A stretch of DNA of 64,000 bases from Podarcis cretensis (GCA_951804945.1 OX638155.1:47864001-47928000); one strand, 5' to 3'. Numbered from the stretch's first letter, positions 41,461-56,400 are shown. Made by a program: numbers and translations. The notes: a model not told the origin generated them from the letters alone.

Positions 41461-44400
41461 CTGAAAAGGAGGGAGAAAGGTCACATGCTTTTGAACATAG
41501 TATCTATATTCCAGTCAATGTATGCTTGAGCTGCCATATATATTCTAGAAACAATGGAAGATCAATACAGTTATCTTCCTCGCTATCTACTTGAGCCACT
41601 GTTTCCCCTGCTTACTACGTTTTGATCCAACCGAAAGGGAAAATTAATTAAATTTATCACTGAGTGAGAAACACAATTAGGAGGCAACTGTTCTGTGGCC
41701 TCATTTCGGGGATGGCTCCAAGTACCGTATTTTTCGCCCTATAGGATGCACTTTTTCCCCTCCAAAAATGAAGGGGAAATGTGTATGCGTCCTATGGGGC
41801 GAATGCAGGCTTTCGCTGAAGCCTGGAGAGCGAGAGGGGTTGGTGCACAACGACCCCTCTCGCTCTCCAGGCTTCAGGAAGCTATCCGCAAGCCTTGCAA
41901 GCCCGGCGGGAGGTCCCGTGGGCTCGCAAGGCTTGCGGGCAGCAGCCTGCAGCCCACAAGCTCGGGGGACAGCGGGGAGGTGCAGCGCCGCCACCCCGCT
42001 ATTCCCCGACCTGGTCTGGAGGCTGGCGGGGGGGGAAGCAAGCTCGGGGGACAGCGGGGCAAGCTGCTGCCCCACAGAGGCTAGAGAGGCTGTCCCTGAA
42101 GGCAGAAGAGGGAGACGGAGCGCTCCGTCTCCCTCTTCTAGCTTGGGGATGGCTGCGCAAACCTGGGGGGGAAATAAAATTTTTCCCCTTGATTTCCCCC
42201 CCAAAAAACTAGGTGCGTCCTATGGGCCGGTGCGTCCTATAGGGCGAAAAATACGGTATTTTGTTCGTTCCTTTAGGGGAGAGAGCTCTCACCCAGAAGA
42301 CTATAGTGGGCTGGCCAGCTTTCCTTCCTTCCTTTCCACTCCCATGCACCTGCTCAGAGGCGTGGAGACAACAGGGTCATGTCAGGACACATGACAACTG
42401 GCTAATTATGTGATCCTGGAAGCTAGTCCTCCTTTTGCAGGTTAGTTACATGCATATCAGTCCATCTTTCAAAATTTAACAACTAGCAAATTTAATTGAA
42501 GCAAGCACCAAAAACAGCCCTGGAAAGAGAGGTGAGCTTCAGTTTCTTACAAACAAAAAACAGACACTGTTGTCCATTATGAAAATGAAAAGGTGACAGG
42601 AGGTAGGTAGCATTGTCACTGCAACACTCTAGCCATCTTGCAATGGTCCTTCATCCATGGCTCAGTTTAGCGTAGAAAGGCAATATATAAGCCCCAGTTT
42701 ATGAAGCCAAGAACAAGTGCTAGGACCAAGTGCTCCTCCCACCTCCTTGTGTGCTAGCCCTGCCATTTATTCCTGGCTTGTACTAAGGCACAGCTCTGCA
42801 GCTGGAACACAAGGGAGATTGGCATAATACAAGCCAAGAATGAAGCAATGCACATCAGAGGAGTTGCATGGCAGGACACTTCTTAAAGCTGGAAAAGACT
42901 GTCCAAACTGGTCCAATAAGCATTAGGGTGCTAGGAATAGGCAGAAGTGAGTACATACATAAATAAGCCAATATATATTGTTGGGTACATTTACTATTCT
43001 ACCGCACCTTGTGCAAACTGAGTTTATATGATCATTTTAACAGGGAAGAAAAGTTGACAGTGAGTTTTAACACTATTATCCCTCCTCTGGTGAAGAATTA
43101 CTGTATATACAAACCCACATCCATGTTTTGAAGGTTAGGTTTTGATTGTACTTCACAAAATTTGACAAACTGGATGTATTAAAAAGAATTGACAGGTAAG
43201 GAGAGAATCATCATACAGAGATTAAAATTCCTTCCATGATGGTATAAACTCACCCTTAAACTACCAAACAATCTTAAAAATTATGATACTGGAAAAGAAT
43301 CTATGCCTCTGCCTTTCCTTCCCAGGTACATATTAAGAAACCCTGGACATTAACATTCAAGGTCTATTTAAATAAGAATAACACTCCCCCCCCAATAAAT
43401 AAAAACCCAAAATCAGAATAGTCAATTTGGGCAAGCTGGAAAGCCAACAGAATTCTAATAAGAGGACCAAATTCATATTTCGAGTATCACTAATTTATAG
43501 GAACTAGAAACAATTTTAAGCCTTAAAATGCAAAGCCAAACATGTTAGGAAAGCAAGCAAAAAAAGTATCAGAAAAGATCAAACCTGGGTCCCTGGGCCA
43601 CTGGCTGACTTTTAAAAAGAGACAAAACATAATGCAACTTACAGCAACAATAAGACATTTGAATGAGCAAACCATGAAGGAAAGTGTAGAGTCTAGTGCC
43701 TGTTGGAAGCTAGCTCATGTCCCCTACTTTGCATAAGTATTTTTATGAAGGCAACATTTGGAAGTTTGTGTAAAAGCTATTATGCACAGACTGCTCAGTA
43801 GCTTCTGACCGAAGAATACACAATGACACTCCCAAGTCTGGAGCCAGAGGAAACTTTCAGAAGCTTCTAAAGTTTTAATTCCTAACGTACAGCTTAGTTT
43901 GTTCTCAGTATAGAGGTACTTGATTTCTAAATAGAAACCATGTCTGGCAGCAACAGGACAAAAAGTATCTGGGAAAAAGTTCCTGATGATGAATATTCAA
44001 ACTGGCAGCTGAGCTTGGAGGAAAGTGTCAGTTTCTCATTCTGTTTCCTTAAACTACGTTCCTGGGACTCAAAACCAGCATGAGCAAATGTGCATGCTTC
44101 CCCTTCCCCCTGAAAAGCTCGTACTGCAAGTACCTTGCAGGAGGGACCAAGAGCATCTGACTTTCTGTGGTTGCAGCAGAGCCTTTCCCAGTCTGCTGCC
44201 CTCCATAGATTGGGCTCCAACTCCAGTGTGGAGTCAGCCCCAACCAGGATGGGAATTTTCAAACCACAAGCAAGATGCCTCCCAGAAGAATCTGCACGGC
44301 ACACAACAGTTTTCACCAGAGTACTATGGTCCCCAGCATTATGGCAAGTTATCACACGGGGTGCAATTTCTAGCAATTCTCTGCATAATGTTTGTAACAT

Positions 44401-47400
44401 ATGGTAGGCATTTAGGAGCACTGAGCAATTCCATGTAAAAATACAACTTCTGTAGAAATAAATGCATAATTCAAAGTAATTCAAAGTATGTTATCCGTCT
44501 GTCTCTTTACAAGGAGTTTACTGTGATAATAGTATAATATACAGGAGTCACGGTCCACCATTCACTCTGTTCACATTCTCTGTTCACAGTTAAAACATAG
44601 GACCAGAATTCTAAAAGGGTATTTACTGTTTTTGTTTTTAAAAAACAACCTCACAATCTCCCTGCTAAAAATGTAGAGTGGGGAAAGGAAAAGGAATAAT
44701 CCCGGCAACGGGGGGAAACACTTCCACTGGGAATCCATTCTGTCCCTGTTCACACCAACGCACTTGGCTCTTTGCCAGGGATAATAAAAGTAACCCAGAA
44801 CACAGTCAAGCATTCATGTCCCATTAAAATCAACAATGTATCATTGTCCTAGCTACCCACTGATTTTTTAAAAAAGACTTACTTGTCCCAATTCTGATTT
44901 TTACTACACACTGACCAATGCAGTAGAAAGTTTGCATTTCTGAAACAGATATGATTTGATGCACTGCCCTATTCAGAGGCTGGAAGACCCTGCTGTTGCC
45001 TTCTGTGAGAAAGGTAAGGTCTGGGAGGTAGTTTGACTCATTTAGAAAATTAGTACCATGTGGCAGGCCTCGTTTCCCACACTGACTACTGATGTGCCTT
45101 AAAGCAGCTTGTATTGCAAAACCTTGCCCCTTATCTTGCATTAAACATGCAATTTCACAATTTATTTTTACAAGCCAGAAACCTTTGTCATTCGTAACTT
45201 CAGCTGTTTTGTTTCAGAAGCAATTCATCCCATCACATTCTTTGCACAATAGTCTAGGGTTATTTGGGTTCATTGACCTGTTTGCAAAGCAACTGAAACA
45301 TCCTGCTGAATTTAATTATACTGAAGAAACATAATTTGGGCTATCAAGCCTCTTAGCCTGCCTGATATATACAGTACTTTCTTCTTTTAGGAAAACTTTT
45401 TTCATCTCCTGGAGTTTCCAATGCAACTAGATGAACTCCTACTGAAATGTTTTGATTTGTTTTTATCCCTATTTAGCAGTCTTTAAATCTCCCAATTATG
45501 AGATTTCTGGCTGAACTATTTTTTTTTTAAAAAAAATACAGCCACTAGAGCAACTGAATATTTAATACATGATTACTTTGGTGTTCTACCATTATAAAGC
45601 ACAAAATTGAATCACTTTTTAATACTGACACTATCTATCCTGTCAGTATAACATCTGCGTAAAAGGACCAGAATGTGAGGTATAAGTTGCCAAAATTTTA
45701 AATGCCACCTAATAAAAAGAACAACAGTTCAAAAAATTTCTTTGGAGTCATTTTTCCAGTTTTAGAAAGTGCTGCTTACTGGCAAATAATAATAAAAGGT
45801 ATTTTAGAGTTCACCATTGTTATTTGTGAACATGCCCACAATAAAGGTATGTGAATTAATGTGCTCTACACTCGGTATTTTCTACCATTATGAAAGAAAC
45901 ACGCAAGGAATATTAAATGTGACAAAGAAACAGTCTATTTGACATATTACTGCATTCTGTATTTAGCACCAAAATCACCTTGTTTGGACTGTGTGTACAA
46001 GAGTGTGTGTCTGCTTCCTTCAAGTTGCTATAATGTTGTGTGTACTTTACAAGCACAATAATCAAGTTCAATATGTTTTTACAATCAGAAGCTGTGGTTT
46101 AAATGCCTTTTTAAGAATGGGAGTGTAGGCTGCATTTCACAAGGTAGCTTTGCAGCCCTATCATTCAACTTGCCCTGAGACAGATTTCAAAACCAACTTA
46201 AATTGCAAGGATTATAAAAAAACCTTAACACTAGGCTGTCCATGTATGTATGTATGTTCACACAGATGCATGTACGTTCATAGGCAATGCATGTCTTTTA
46301 CAATGAGGAATGCAGACCTCATGTTTTCATGGAATATGGGTGGAAGTATTACATGTGTACTGTGTTTGCTCGTGGTATACATCTATTGGAGACTCAAGTG
46401 GAAAAGCACACCAATTAGTGCCGAGACTTAAGAATTGCACAAAAAAACCACAAACCCACCCTGAAGCTACTTCACAAGTTCAAAATGCAGACTCATTGCA
46501 TTTATTGGATATGAATTCCAAATTTTAAATTTCAAGACAGAATGGAACCAAAATTATATTCCATCAGACTTCTTCGCAATTGTAATCCCACTCCTGTCCC
46601 AGAATCATTTAACTTGCTTGGGATACAACAGAGTATTCAACGGGAGAGTTTCCGAGTCTGCCAACCCTTAATGTTTTCAATCAAACACTGTTAGAGAGAC
46701 ACAGGAGGTCAAAAGTACCCTTCTTTGTAAATTCCCCTGGGACCAGCTACAAATTACTTCTGAGTCCCCACTGCTGGCCTAAAAATGCTAGGGATTTTCA
46801 CAGACTCCAGTGTGGCTCTACTGGAAATAATTTGTTTATAATGAGTCTAATTCCACTTCTGAAATACAAGGGGCTACTGCTAAACCTAAGCGCTTTTGAA
46901 AGCTTTAACACGAGCAAAAAATCTAGTGAGTAATGACTGAAATAAGCAGAAGTAAGTAGTTAAATCACTGTTGTAAAATATAAGGCCTCTTTCGAAAATG
47001 ATGGTGCAGTGAGTTTTCAGACTATGAGCAATTTGAAATGGCAAAGTACTGCAGCACATAAGCAGTGGACATGTGCAGTATTGCCAGGCACTCCCAAGTA
47101 TGCAGACATTTAAAAAGAGAGTTAGAAAAAACATGTGTAAACTATTAAATCAAGTGCCTTAGCCCCCAGTTTACTGACCTTGTCTTCCAGTCTTCCTCTG
47201 ACTTTGACCTGTTTTTACGAGCAGCTCTTTGTTTTTCTTCAAGCCTCTTCTTTTCTTCACTTGCAACATCTACCAAGAGACAGACAGAGAAAAGGCTGGA
47301 TCCAACTGAAACCTACGGAAGACTACTCCCAATAGCTGGAATACTGCTATGTCAGTGACGGGTAGAATTTTAATGCCGTTTTGGTTGGCACAACTAGAAT

Positions 47401-50400
47401 CTTGAGATTTTTGTGCAGTGGTGTGAACTGGTAGATCATTCAAACACCAGCTTCACTGTAATATTTCCCATGCTCCCAAATAATGGGACTAACTAAGAAA
47501 TGATGTAACATAACAGACATGTAAGGTACATTAACTAAGGGCATGAGCAAAAGTCTTATATGCAACAGGACTTCACCTTCCTCTTATCCCCACCTATAGC
47601 ACCTCTCATGCCTTCCAACTCTGCTTCAGAAGGTGTCCCCCCCCACAACCCCCCGGAGCAGATTTTGAGGGTGTACAAAAGGCTTCCACAGGGGAGGTGA
47701 AGTCATGGGAGCAAAGCGATAGTGTTATGTGCAGTGATAGTGTTGGATGCAACCCTGACACTGCAGCATTTTCACATATTCTTTGCTTCTGTAAATTTAC
47801 ATTGGAAATCAACTGAAATTTGTTAATATGAGTTTGCATTTGTGTAAAGGAAAGTCTGAGTAATTTTGATGGTATTGCTACAAAATCAGAAACCAGCTCC
47901 TGATAAAAGTTGACAGTGTGAGAAAGGACAAGCTCATATTTATAAGGCATAAATTTTCATTTATATAAAATCAATGACAAAACTCAGAACCAGTGCACGA
48001 GGAGGAGCTGCCTTAAAAAGTTAGCATCAGATTACTATTTATATCACTAACAGGCATTCCTTTGCAAGGGACTCTGTAAAATCTGATTGCTAAAACAAAT
48101 CTATACATGAAAAGTATGTCCTATAAAATGAAGCATTTGGATATAGATTTTTTAAAAAATAAAAAAAATTCAGCTAGCCCTTTAAATTACCTATGTCACC
48201 ATTTTCCATAGCTCTTATATCTGGCCTTAGCCTGCAGTCCGTTTTAGGAATAACACTTTCCATTTCTTCATCCAATTCATTCAGAGCCATAGCAAAAGTA
48301 GTGAAGTTGTACATCTGAAAAACAACAAAGAGCTTTTTGAATGTTCTTTTATTTTTATGAGCAAGTACCAGCTGTTAATAGGCTTATACATTCTCAGAGG
48401 AAGTATCCAACTGAGTTTCTCAAGGGATCAGTCTTGGGGCCTTTTATTCAATGTTTTCATTACAGTGACCTTGGGGAAAGGAGTATGTTCATGGAATGAA
48501 CAGGTATCATCAAATTATCTAAGTGGCCTTTCAAATAGAAAACAGATGGGATTTTGTGCAGGACGAACTAGAAGACTTCAAGAACTGGAATGAGATCAAT
48601 GGAAAAGGATCAATGTCAACATAACAGAAAGTGTTAAGCTGCATGACGAAGGACAGGTTTGTTTTATTTGCTCATCAATTGGAACAACGGGCAAGGGAAT
48701 ATTTCAGAACTCGGATGACCACAAGATGATTATGGGGAGTATAGGCTCCAATGTGATTGCAAACATTTACTAGTATTAAATACTGAGGATTTAATGGTAT
48801 ATAAATAATAGGGGTAGGGATTAATTGAAACTAATTGATATCCAACTCTCCATGTTAAATAGATAGAATTCTAATTAGATCTGAAGAGCAAAAAAGAGGC
48901 AGACAAGTTTTTTGACAAGTATGCCACAAATCCAAGTATACAATATATATTTTCTGACGTGTGTGTCAAGGAAGCAAGAGTCTAAAGTGTATATTCTGTC
49001 ATAAACACTCTCGGGGAGGATCACAATACTCAAAAAAACATTAAACTGGTGCTGGAGGAGACTCTTGAGAGTCCCATGGACTGCAAGAAGATCAAACCGA
49101 TCCATTCTTAAGGAAATCAGCCCTGAGCGCTCACTGGAAGGACAGATCCTGAAGCTGAGGCTCCAATACTTTGGCCACCTCATGAGAAGACTCCCTGGAA
49201 AAGACCCTGATGTTGGGAAAGATGGAGGGCACAAGGAGAAGGGGACGACAGAGGATGAGATGGTTGGACAGTGTTCTTGAAGCTACCAACATGAATTTGA
49301 CTAAACTGCGGGAGGCAGTGGAAGACAGGAGTGCCTGGCGTGCTCTGGTCCATGGGGTCATGAAGAGTTGGACACGACTAAATGACTAAACAACAACAGA
49401 AATCCCAAATTTACACAATGCTTTCCAAGAACAAAATTATAATTCTAATACACATCCCTTGTGCTAGTGAAACAGGAGCACTGGATCCTGCCTTGTGTCT
49501 AGGTAGGAAGGGGGTAGACTTGTTCATGTTTCCTATGGAAAGAGAAAAGCTAACTAAACCTTAAGGGTTTTATAAAAAAAATTTCTACACTGATAAGGAT
49601 AATCCTGTCTTTTACAAATGTTACACACAGTAATGGAGGTGCTAAGAGGTTGAGGAAGGTACAGTGAGAGGATCAAATTTAACTGCCAGACACCTAATTG
49701 TAACCTGAATTTTGTTTTCCTGAAATGGAGGCACGAGCTGGTAGAAAGTTATCCATATTCTCTCTCTTCACCTACACACCCTTTAAACCAGGCAACATGA
49801 GATAGATCACACTCTCACATATACAAAGAAATGCAAATCCATGCAGCACATATGCATGAGACAGAGCAACACACTGACAAAATGCAGTGTCTTGGTCAAG
49901 GTTCCTCACCTGTGTTGAGTTAGAAGGCCTTGGGGCTATCCTCCATAACAACACACTTCCAGGTATAACACACACACTTTCACAATCTGGCAAGGGCATC
50001 TCATCTGGTTCATCAGAACTGCCCATCTATAAGAAGAAGGTAAAATGAAAAACAAGAACCTGCAAACTAGCTCTAGTAGTTAAAAGAGGCAGCAGAATTA
50101 GGCACAGATGGAATATATATATATTATATTTTATATATACTCCCCAACCTTTCAAAAAACAAATAAAGGTATTTACAAATACATGGTCAAAATGGAGACT
50201 ATTTTGGACAACATGGGAGTTAACATTTAATAACTCCCAAATACTCTGCACAAGGAGAGGGAGGGAGAAATCATTCTCAGACATGTCACTTGTTTGAACC
50301 ACCCTGGAACATTCATAGGCAATAAGGAATTCCATGTCAGCAGGTGAGTAAGATGGCAGATGAGGGATGGAGCGATCTGTCCCCTGCTCTGTTTGCCCAC

Positions 50401-53400
50401 TTTCTGTGCTGGATGGAGAAGGCAGTATGCGCTGCCCTTTGCAGCCAGCACAAAACCAAGTTGGCTGGTGAAGGAGGAATGGAGAGAAGGCTTTGTTTCT
50501 TACTGATCTGCCTAATAAGCAGCTTAGCAGAATCACATTTCCTCTCCACAGGCTAGTAAGATACCTGGCCTTATATACAAGCCTGCATTAGAAAACGTAT
50601 GCTTTGATGAAAAGGTGTTCTAGAAACACATGCTACATTCGGAATAACCTAGTTTTTATTTTAGGATCTTGAGAAATGCAGCAAAACCAGCCTGCATACA
50701 GAATGCTACACTAAGATGAATGTTGTCAAAAGGTTCATGTGGATACTTTTCAGCCCCATTAAGGCACAAGTGAGCCATCTGTTGGCCACCTCCTACGGCG
50801 CAACACCACAACCTTGAGAGGAGAGAGAAAACATGTATCCTATCCACTTACTGCTTTGGTCAGTCCATTGCCCCATTATGCAGCCCCTCACTACCCCCCA
50901 AGGTAACGTGTCCTTCATCCCAAAACTGATGCCTAGTCCTCCGTTAAATAGTGATGATTTCCCAAAATGCTCCCCAGGTGGTCGTACCATCCAGGCATCA
51001 ACAAGACCTGCTTAAATATGTTAACGCTTCATGTGCTTTCCAACTACACCCATAGTCCCAGTGGTGTGATAACCAACCAATCATGTAAATGACAGGGGCA
51101 AATATTAATGGTATAGGTACTACGGATATACGACTGAATTATCTCTTGGCCTGCCCCACTTGCGAACTTTTTGCTGACGGTTGGCAACAGAAAGCTAGAC
51201 AAGAGGGTAACCTCTGACCCTCCAGAAGTTGCTGGACTACAATTCCCATCATCTCGGACCACTAGTCATTCTGGCTCTGACTGATGGGAATTGAATCCAA
51301 CAACGTATGGAGGACAGCAGGCTCCCCACACACACCCCGAGACAAACCCTTGATCTGATCAAGTCAATTCCTTGGTGTGTTTTTTTATTTTAAAAAATTC
51401 CAGTTCGTATGCAATTGGTGGCAGGGGAAATAAATGTGCAGACTGCCTGGGGGAAACAAAATAACTGTCTACATCTTTTATGTTTGAGTGTATGCAAATT
51501 TACAAAACCATAGATTGTTAAAAGGAAGAAATTGCCAGGGGCAAAGCTCTGTTTTGTTGTTTTCTTTTTCTCCCCTTCAACCATGCATGTCTCTTCCCTT
51601 TCCTGTTTCTTAATTGGTTTTTTAAACCTTCTTTACTGCTCTATGTCTTTTGTGCCAGCTTTATTGGATCTTAGTGTGAGATACTGATTGTGGCCCAAGC
51701 TATTCAATTCTCCTTTTGAGCATGTGAAGCCAGAACTTTCTAGAAGGGACATGGAAGTATCTCAGCTTCAAATCCTTGCCATTAATAAATCTGCTATTAT
51801 CCAATTATCCAGTTCCATCTTCCTTGTAAACTCCACGTATCTACAAGCCAAAGCAAGGCTCCATATATTTAAGCATTTTGTATTTTGCACCACAACAACA
51901 GCCATCTTCTGCATAACCAGAGTTTGCTAGTAACACAAGACTCATATACGAATGGTATGTTTTTCTTGTTTGCTCTTCCTGTCCTCCTGGGCCCTTCACA
52001 GGGCTGGCTCTCAAAGACTGCAGTAGATCTCTAGAGCCTTTCCATACTCCTGATAATAAGTGAAGTAAGCTGCGTTACAGGTAGCAATTCATGTGAATCA
52101 CTACTGGAGCATTCTGAAATTATAAACATTAAGAATGTACCAGAATTGGTCTCTCTCTCACTAAGGGAAAGATCCAGCCAAAATTAAACATGTGCTAAAA
52201 TCTCTCCCAACTTTGGTTGCAACAACCCCTATGTTTTGGTGAGTAAAAATCAGTTTATTTTCACTTTGAATAATTTGAAGGTCTTTAAAAAGGTATGAGC
52301 TCCTTCCATGGGGCTGATCAACCCAAGAGCAGGCGCCACAATTTGCAACTGTGTGTACAAAGCCACACACACACACCTCTTACAAAAAGAGAGAGAATCC
52401 CACAAACTTTTCATGGCAGCCTGCCTCCCCCGCAATTTTATGTTGTCTCCAAAAATCAATCCAAGGACAGGAGACGACATCACCAATGTGATGAAGTTTA
52501 AAGAGATTTTGTCTATTGAAAGCATTTTTTATATACCTCTATAATTACAGGACAAGATGCTGCCATCTCCATAAAAACAAGAAATAGGCTTGCTTTGGAC
52601 TATTAACCAAAGTTTAATCCACCATAGGTTATGATGCCAGGAACGTATGTCAGACCTGAAAACTCCTCCCCTAAAGGAGTTTACTGTAAAGATTCTGACT
52701 TGTTAATAATAATTGTTGATAATAATAATAATAATAATTTATTATTATTATTATTGTTGTTGTTATTTTATTTATACTCAGCCATTCTGGACGGCTCCCA
52801 AAAGAGGACTAAAAACAGAGTAAAACTTCAAACATTAAAAACTTCCCTAAACAGGGCTGCCTTCAGATGTCTTCTAAAAGTCAGATAGTTGTTTAAGTCG
52901 TTGACATTGATGGGAGGGTGTTCCACAGGATGGGCGCCAATACCGAGAAGGCCCTCTGCCTGGTTCCCCTGTAACCTCACCTCACAGTGAGGGAACCAGA
53001 GCTCTTTGTTGCATATGAAGCAGGGAACTCTAGCTTAATATTGGTAAACTAGCTTATTTTCCTGGCTTGTTAATCACCAGTAAGCCAGAGTTCCTTCTGC
53101 TTTGACATAACAGGAACCCTTAGCTTAAATACAAGCCAATGTGTGCCAAAGCTGGTGTAAATGAGTGAGAGGCGAGGGCAGTGAGAGAAGAGTGCTTTGG
53201 GCCCAGTGTGCTTTCCTCATTTTATAAACCACGGTTTATGGAGCTCTGCAAGATTCTCCAAACTGGGTCACATTGTGAACTAGGCATGCAAAGTCCAAAG
53301 GAGAAGAAAAAAACATTTTCAGGATTTTTAAAACACTGAGGAAAACAGGATGGCTGCATAAATCCTTTAAAATCATGCACGATACCATCAGGTATTTAGC

Positions 53401-56400
53401 TGAGGACATTTTTACTGCTGTTAGTTTTAAACACACATCACTGTTACCAAGTTACATTTTAATATCAATACCTGCTTGTTGTTTTTCTTCTCTTCTGTGT
53501 TCTTCTTGTCATTCTTTTTGTAAGCTTCAAATGTTGCAAGATCAACGCTATATAAACACTCAGTCCATTTTCCATAGAGTGCACAAAGTTTCTTTTTGCT
53601 GTCAAAGAGCCCCGCCCACAAAACAAACAAATTAAGGAACAGCTGAAGTACTGACTAATTATAATATTCAGGTTCACACTTTAAACCACTGGTCTTCCAA
53701 TTGGTTGCTTGGGACTCAATACTGGGTCACAGCATGACCAAAGATGGGTTGCAACAGCAGGTCTACCACCATAGAAACAGAAGGTAGAAAATTAAGAAAT
53801 GGGTCCTCAGTGTATGTTTTCATTTTAAAGGTGGGTCCCTGGTCTGAAAAGGCTTAATGAAGACTACGGCTCTAAACAGAAGTTAAGACAGTAAATGCTC
53901 AACTCACAGAAGCTAATGAGCATCTAAGTCAGGTGTAGGGGACATTTTTCAGACCCAAAGGAAGCATTTTTCTCTCACAAAATTGCATGCCACTGGTGAG
54001 CAGGGACAGAGACAAAAGAAGGAAACACAAAGAATGTGACTCTTGCCTTTGTACAGTGGGCTGCGTTCTAATCATGCAGAAGCCAGAGGTTCATACACAA
54101 GTCTCTCTCCATCCAGGCAAGCAAGCAAGGGCCTTTATCGCAGTTAAGACCACATTCTAGCCAGCCCAAAGCACTCAAGGAAATGGGAGCAGGGCCAGTG
54201 AGGGGGGTGACCTGAACAAACGCCTGAGGACAAGAGAGGTAGCCTGGAGGGCCAGATCTGCCCCCTGGGGCCTGAGGCTTCTCAACCCTAGTTATGCAAC
54301 ATAATTTAGGCTAGCAGCATTTCAGCATTTTTGTAAAAAATAAAAATGAATGATCTGCTATCTGCTTTAGAAATATAAGGAGAGAGGCTTGCTTACCTTT
54401 TATCCTGAATGTAACCTTCCACTTTGTGCAACTCCTTCCCAAAAAGGCCACAGGGCTTGAAGTTTAACATGCATTTTTCACCAGTTCTGTGGGGGCAGAA
54501 AATTAAGTTTAACTCTACGCCTTCTCATAATTTACACTTTCACATCAAATACCGGCTTAGCCATTTAAAGTACTTCAAGCATGCAAGCTCTAGCTCCTGT
54601 AGCGTTCAGCATAATATATGTACTATATCTGCCTTGGGTTTATGAGCTTTACTACTAAGGAGATACTTTGAAAGCGTTAAAGGAAAAAAGTAGCCCTGAC
54701 CTAATATAAATTAAATACATTGGATCTCTGACCACTGCAAGAGTAACATAATATTCCCTGACACACTCTCTCTCCAGGAACATTTTGGATCTGCGTGATG
54801 CAGAGCAGTGCTATTCATGTTGCCTGACAACACTGATTATGCTTTTAATGTTTTCTTATGCATTGGAATTAAGAGTGCATTTTATATCTGATACAGTATG
54901 AGCATGCCACACTTTCAAGCTAAGTAGCAAGTTAAGACTTCAAGCTTACTTGTGATTGGTTATTTCCATATTCCCATACTGCTCAATCCAAAGCTTGCCC
55001 ACAATAATGTTATGCACACAGCATGTAGGATTTGTCCATGTGTATGCTTCATTATGTCTGAAAGGGAGCAAAGAGAATAAGCTCTTAGATTCACAAAACA
55101 AAAGTCATCAGAACATGCCTTTAGGTCAAAATCTTTCACAGTGCAAGGAAGCGTAAGCTAATGATTACTTTTCGCTCTCATGATTTTGTAGGCTTTAGCA
55201 AATCTTGGCCAGTCAGTCCTACCTTAACTCTCTCCCCATCTCCTGGCCAGATGAATCTAGGTTTCAGGCATGAACCATGAAAGTCTCCTATCCTAAATTT
55301 ACTTCAGAATCTCTCAAACACATTTAAGACAATCCCAGAATAGCCAACTCTTCTGCACAGGTTTCAAAGACAGGGACTTCAGCAGCTGACCTTGCCTAAG
55401 CTCAGTCAAATACCATACTTACAGATGTAGCTCAGTCCACCTGAACTATGACAAGGAAAGAGCTCTGCCCATATCAGATGGGCATACCTATCCTCTGGTT
55501 CTCAAAGCTCTGACAGCCAGACCTGTGCAGTTTGCCTTCCTTCCTTTTACTTATATACCAAGCCTGATTGGTTTCATCTCTACAAATGGGGAGGGAGTGT
55601 TCAGGTTTAAGGATAGAACAGTAGCTCCCCAAATGTTTTTTTTCCCACAGACCACTTGAAAATTGGTGAGCGTCTTGGCTGAGCACTTAATGATTTTTCC
55701 ATCTGTCTTAGCAATTGTAATGCTTTAGTAAAGATGCCGTATAATTTTCTAATTGTATTTGCATTGTTTTTTTATTTCCTGTATATTGTATTTGATTGTA
55801 ATCTATAGCATTTAAATTGTAATACAATCAAATACAATATATAGGAAATTTAAAAAAGCAATGCAAATACAGTTAAAAATCAGCATTTAACATGATGAGT
55901 ATGCTGTCTCCCAAGTTCACCAACACAACACAGACCACCCGAACGACCACAGTTTGGGAACCCCCAGTATACATTATACAACCCTGCAGTTTACATGTCA
56001 CTGGCTTTTTGCCTAAGGCAGCCAAAAGGTATCACATAGATCAACTTACTCAAGAAGTTTCAAAGTTATTATCCCTTTGGGTTCTGCTTCAACACTCTTT
56101 CCCCAGAACTTTAGTTTAGGATAAATAGAACCATGAAACACAAAGTCATTGCTCAGTCCTTCAGCATAAAAAGCACTGATTGGTGGGTGATGACTAACTT
56201 GCTCTGAAATGAGTCTGAATCCAAGGTCCTCTCTAAACATGGAAAGAAAGTGACAGTTGAGTTATTTGCAGTTTCTCTACAAAAGGGGATAAAATGAATC
56301 AAAGAATCATAGAATCATAGAGTTGGAAGAGACCACAAGGGCCATCGAGTCCAACCCCCTGCCAAGCAGGAAACACCATCAGAGCACTCCTGACATATGG

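Noticed and set aside
41695-42394. Overlapping 100-208 aa ORFs
   Set aside because: They lie over the GC-rich non-autonomous transposon and show no transposase DDE or HTH motifs.
50027-50549. 169-aa minus-strand ORF just upstream of an OSBPL1A exon
   Set aside because: It ends at the acceptor TAG, has low-information composition and no recognisable homology.
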